Shown in pieces: positions 63,330-64,000 of a stretch of DNA of 64,000 nucleotides. Under the pieces are notes generated by a model, which was not told the origin of the DNA, searched no databases, and was given only the letters and a program-made list of their open reading frames with translations. Source of the DNA: Octopus vulgaris (Eukaryota); NCBI GenBank assembly GCA_951406725.2, contig OX597818.1:37262001-37326000 (forward strand), in the 5' to 3' direction. The position numbers and the translations under genes are program-made. Numbering within the stretch: position 1 is the stretch's first letter; each line of letters opens with the position of its first letter.

Positions 63330-64000
63330 TTTATCTTCATCTTAAGAGCTTCTAATTCTTCCCTGTAACAATCAACACTACCATTACTGATCTTTTAACT
63401 TTAAGATCTCTGTTTAATATGGAGAACATTTTTCTTCAAGTTGTATAAATCATTGAATTAGATACCTGTGGTTCTGTTAACTCCTTAAGGTCTTCATGGA
63501 CGAGTGTCTTGTTACCAGAGTGCAATAAATCCTGAATATCGTCTTCATCAATTTACATTCTACTTGCACCATTTGTACAAGGCTGTTTATTGCTGATTGA
63601 GATTGCTTTCATCCTCAATCCTATCATCTTTATATACATTTAATGTACATCTTGGGCAGTGAAATGGCTTGAATTTATAACTATTGGATTACTGCTGGTT
63701 GTAATACCTGTTTTTAGAACAATTCTACTGTGCAGTGTCTCATCAGACATTTGTCTTTCATCATCTCTTCTGAAACCCAGCCTTTCATACCCAACATCTT
63801 CTTTTGTCACATCTTCCAGTCCTCTGTCTTTATGGGTATCCTGCCATCAGTTGCTCTCAACACTTTTTCCATGAGCACCCATCTGCTCTTCTACAAACTT
63901 CAGCAGAAGCCTTTAATGTGCAACCTCGTGGCTCACTTCTGCTCTGTCTCTCTATCATACTGCTTAACATTAGCCATTCAACATATCCTTGTTGCTTCAT
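63330..64000 (-). mobile_element. Probable decayed RTE-like LINE segment
   Basis: Abrupt rise in GC and a purine-rich minus strand with coding-like but interrupted frames, similar in character to the RTE remnants at 21-23 kb. No diagnostic motif was read with certainty. Confidence 0.35.

Overview
AT-rich, repeat-dense animal genomic DNA. The SINE/LINE/MITE repertoire looks like an octopus (coleoid cephalopod); this is from recall of those families, not a search. The only protein-coding segment I can firmly recognise is a + strand exon at 59177-59469 encoding the conserved N-terminal region of a class-1 DYRK kinase (DYRK1A/minibrain; [30 protein letters not shown]). The kinase domain lies beyond the window. 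Most of the window looks like the 5' end and a very long intron of this gene. There is a CpG-retaining promoter-like region at about 6.2-9 kb with a candidate in-frame first coding exon (7651-7765), and a second CpG/CT-rich region at about 29-33 kb with a tight MEF2+CRE+CCAAT+AP-1 cluster. The rest holds several tRNA-derived SINE families, decayed LINEs (RTE, L1/Tx1, CR1/L2-like, Dong/R4), mariner and piggyBac-type MITEs, nested insertions with visible TSDs, and several strong fold-back structures. There are no prokaryotic systems, CRISPR arrays or rRNA. I cannot support a wholly new biological system. The best leads are regulatory (activity-responsive element, alternative promoters) and structural (dsRNA/ADAR substrates, an unusual insertion junction).
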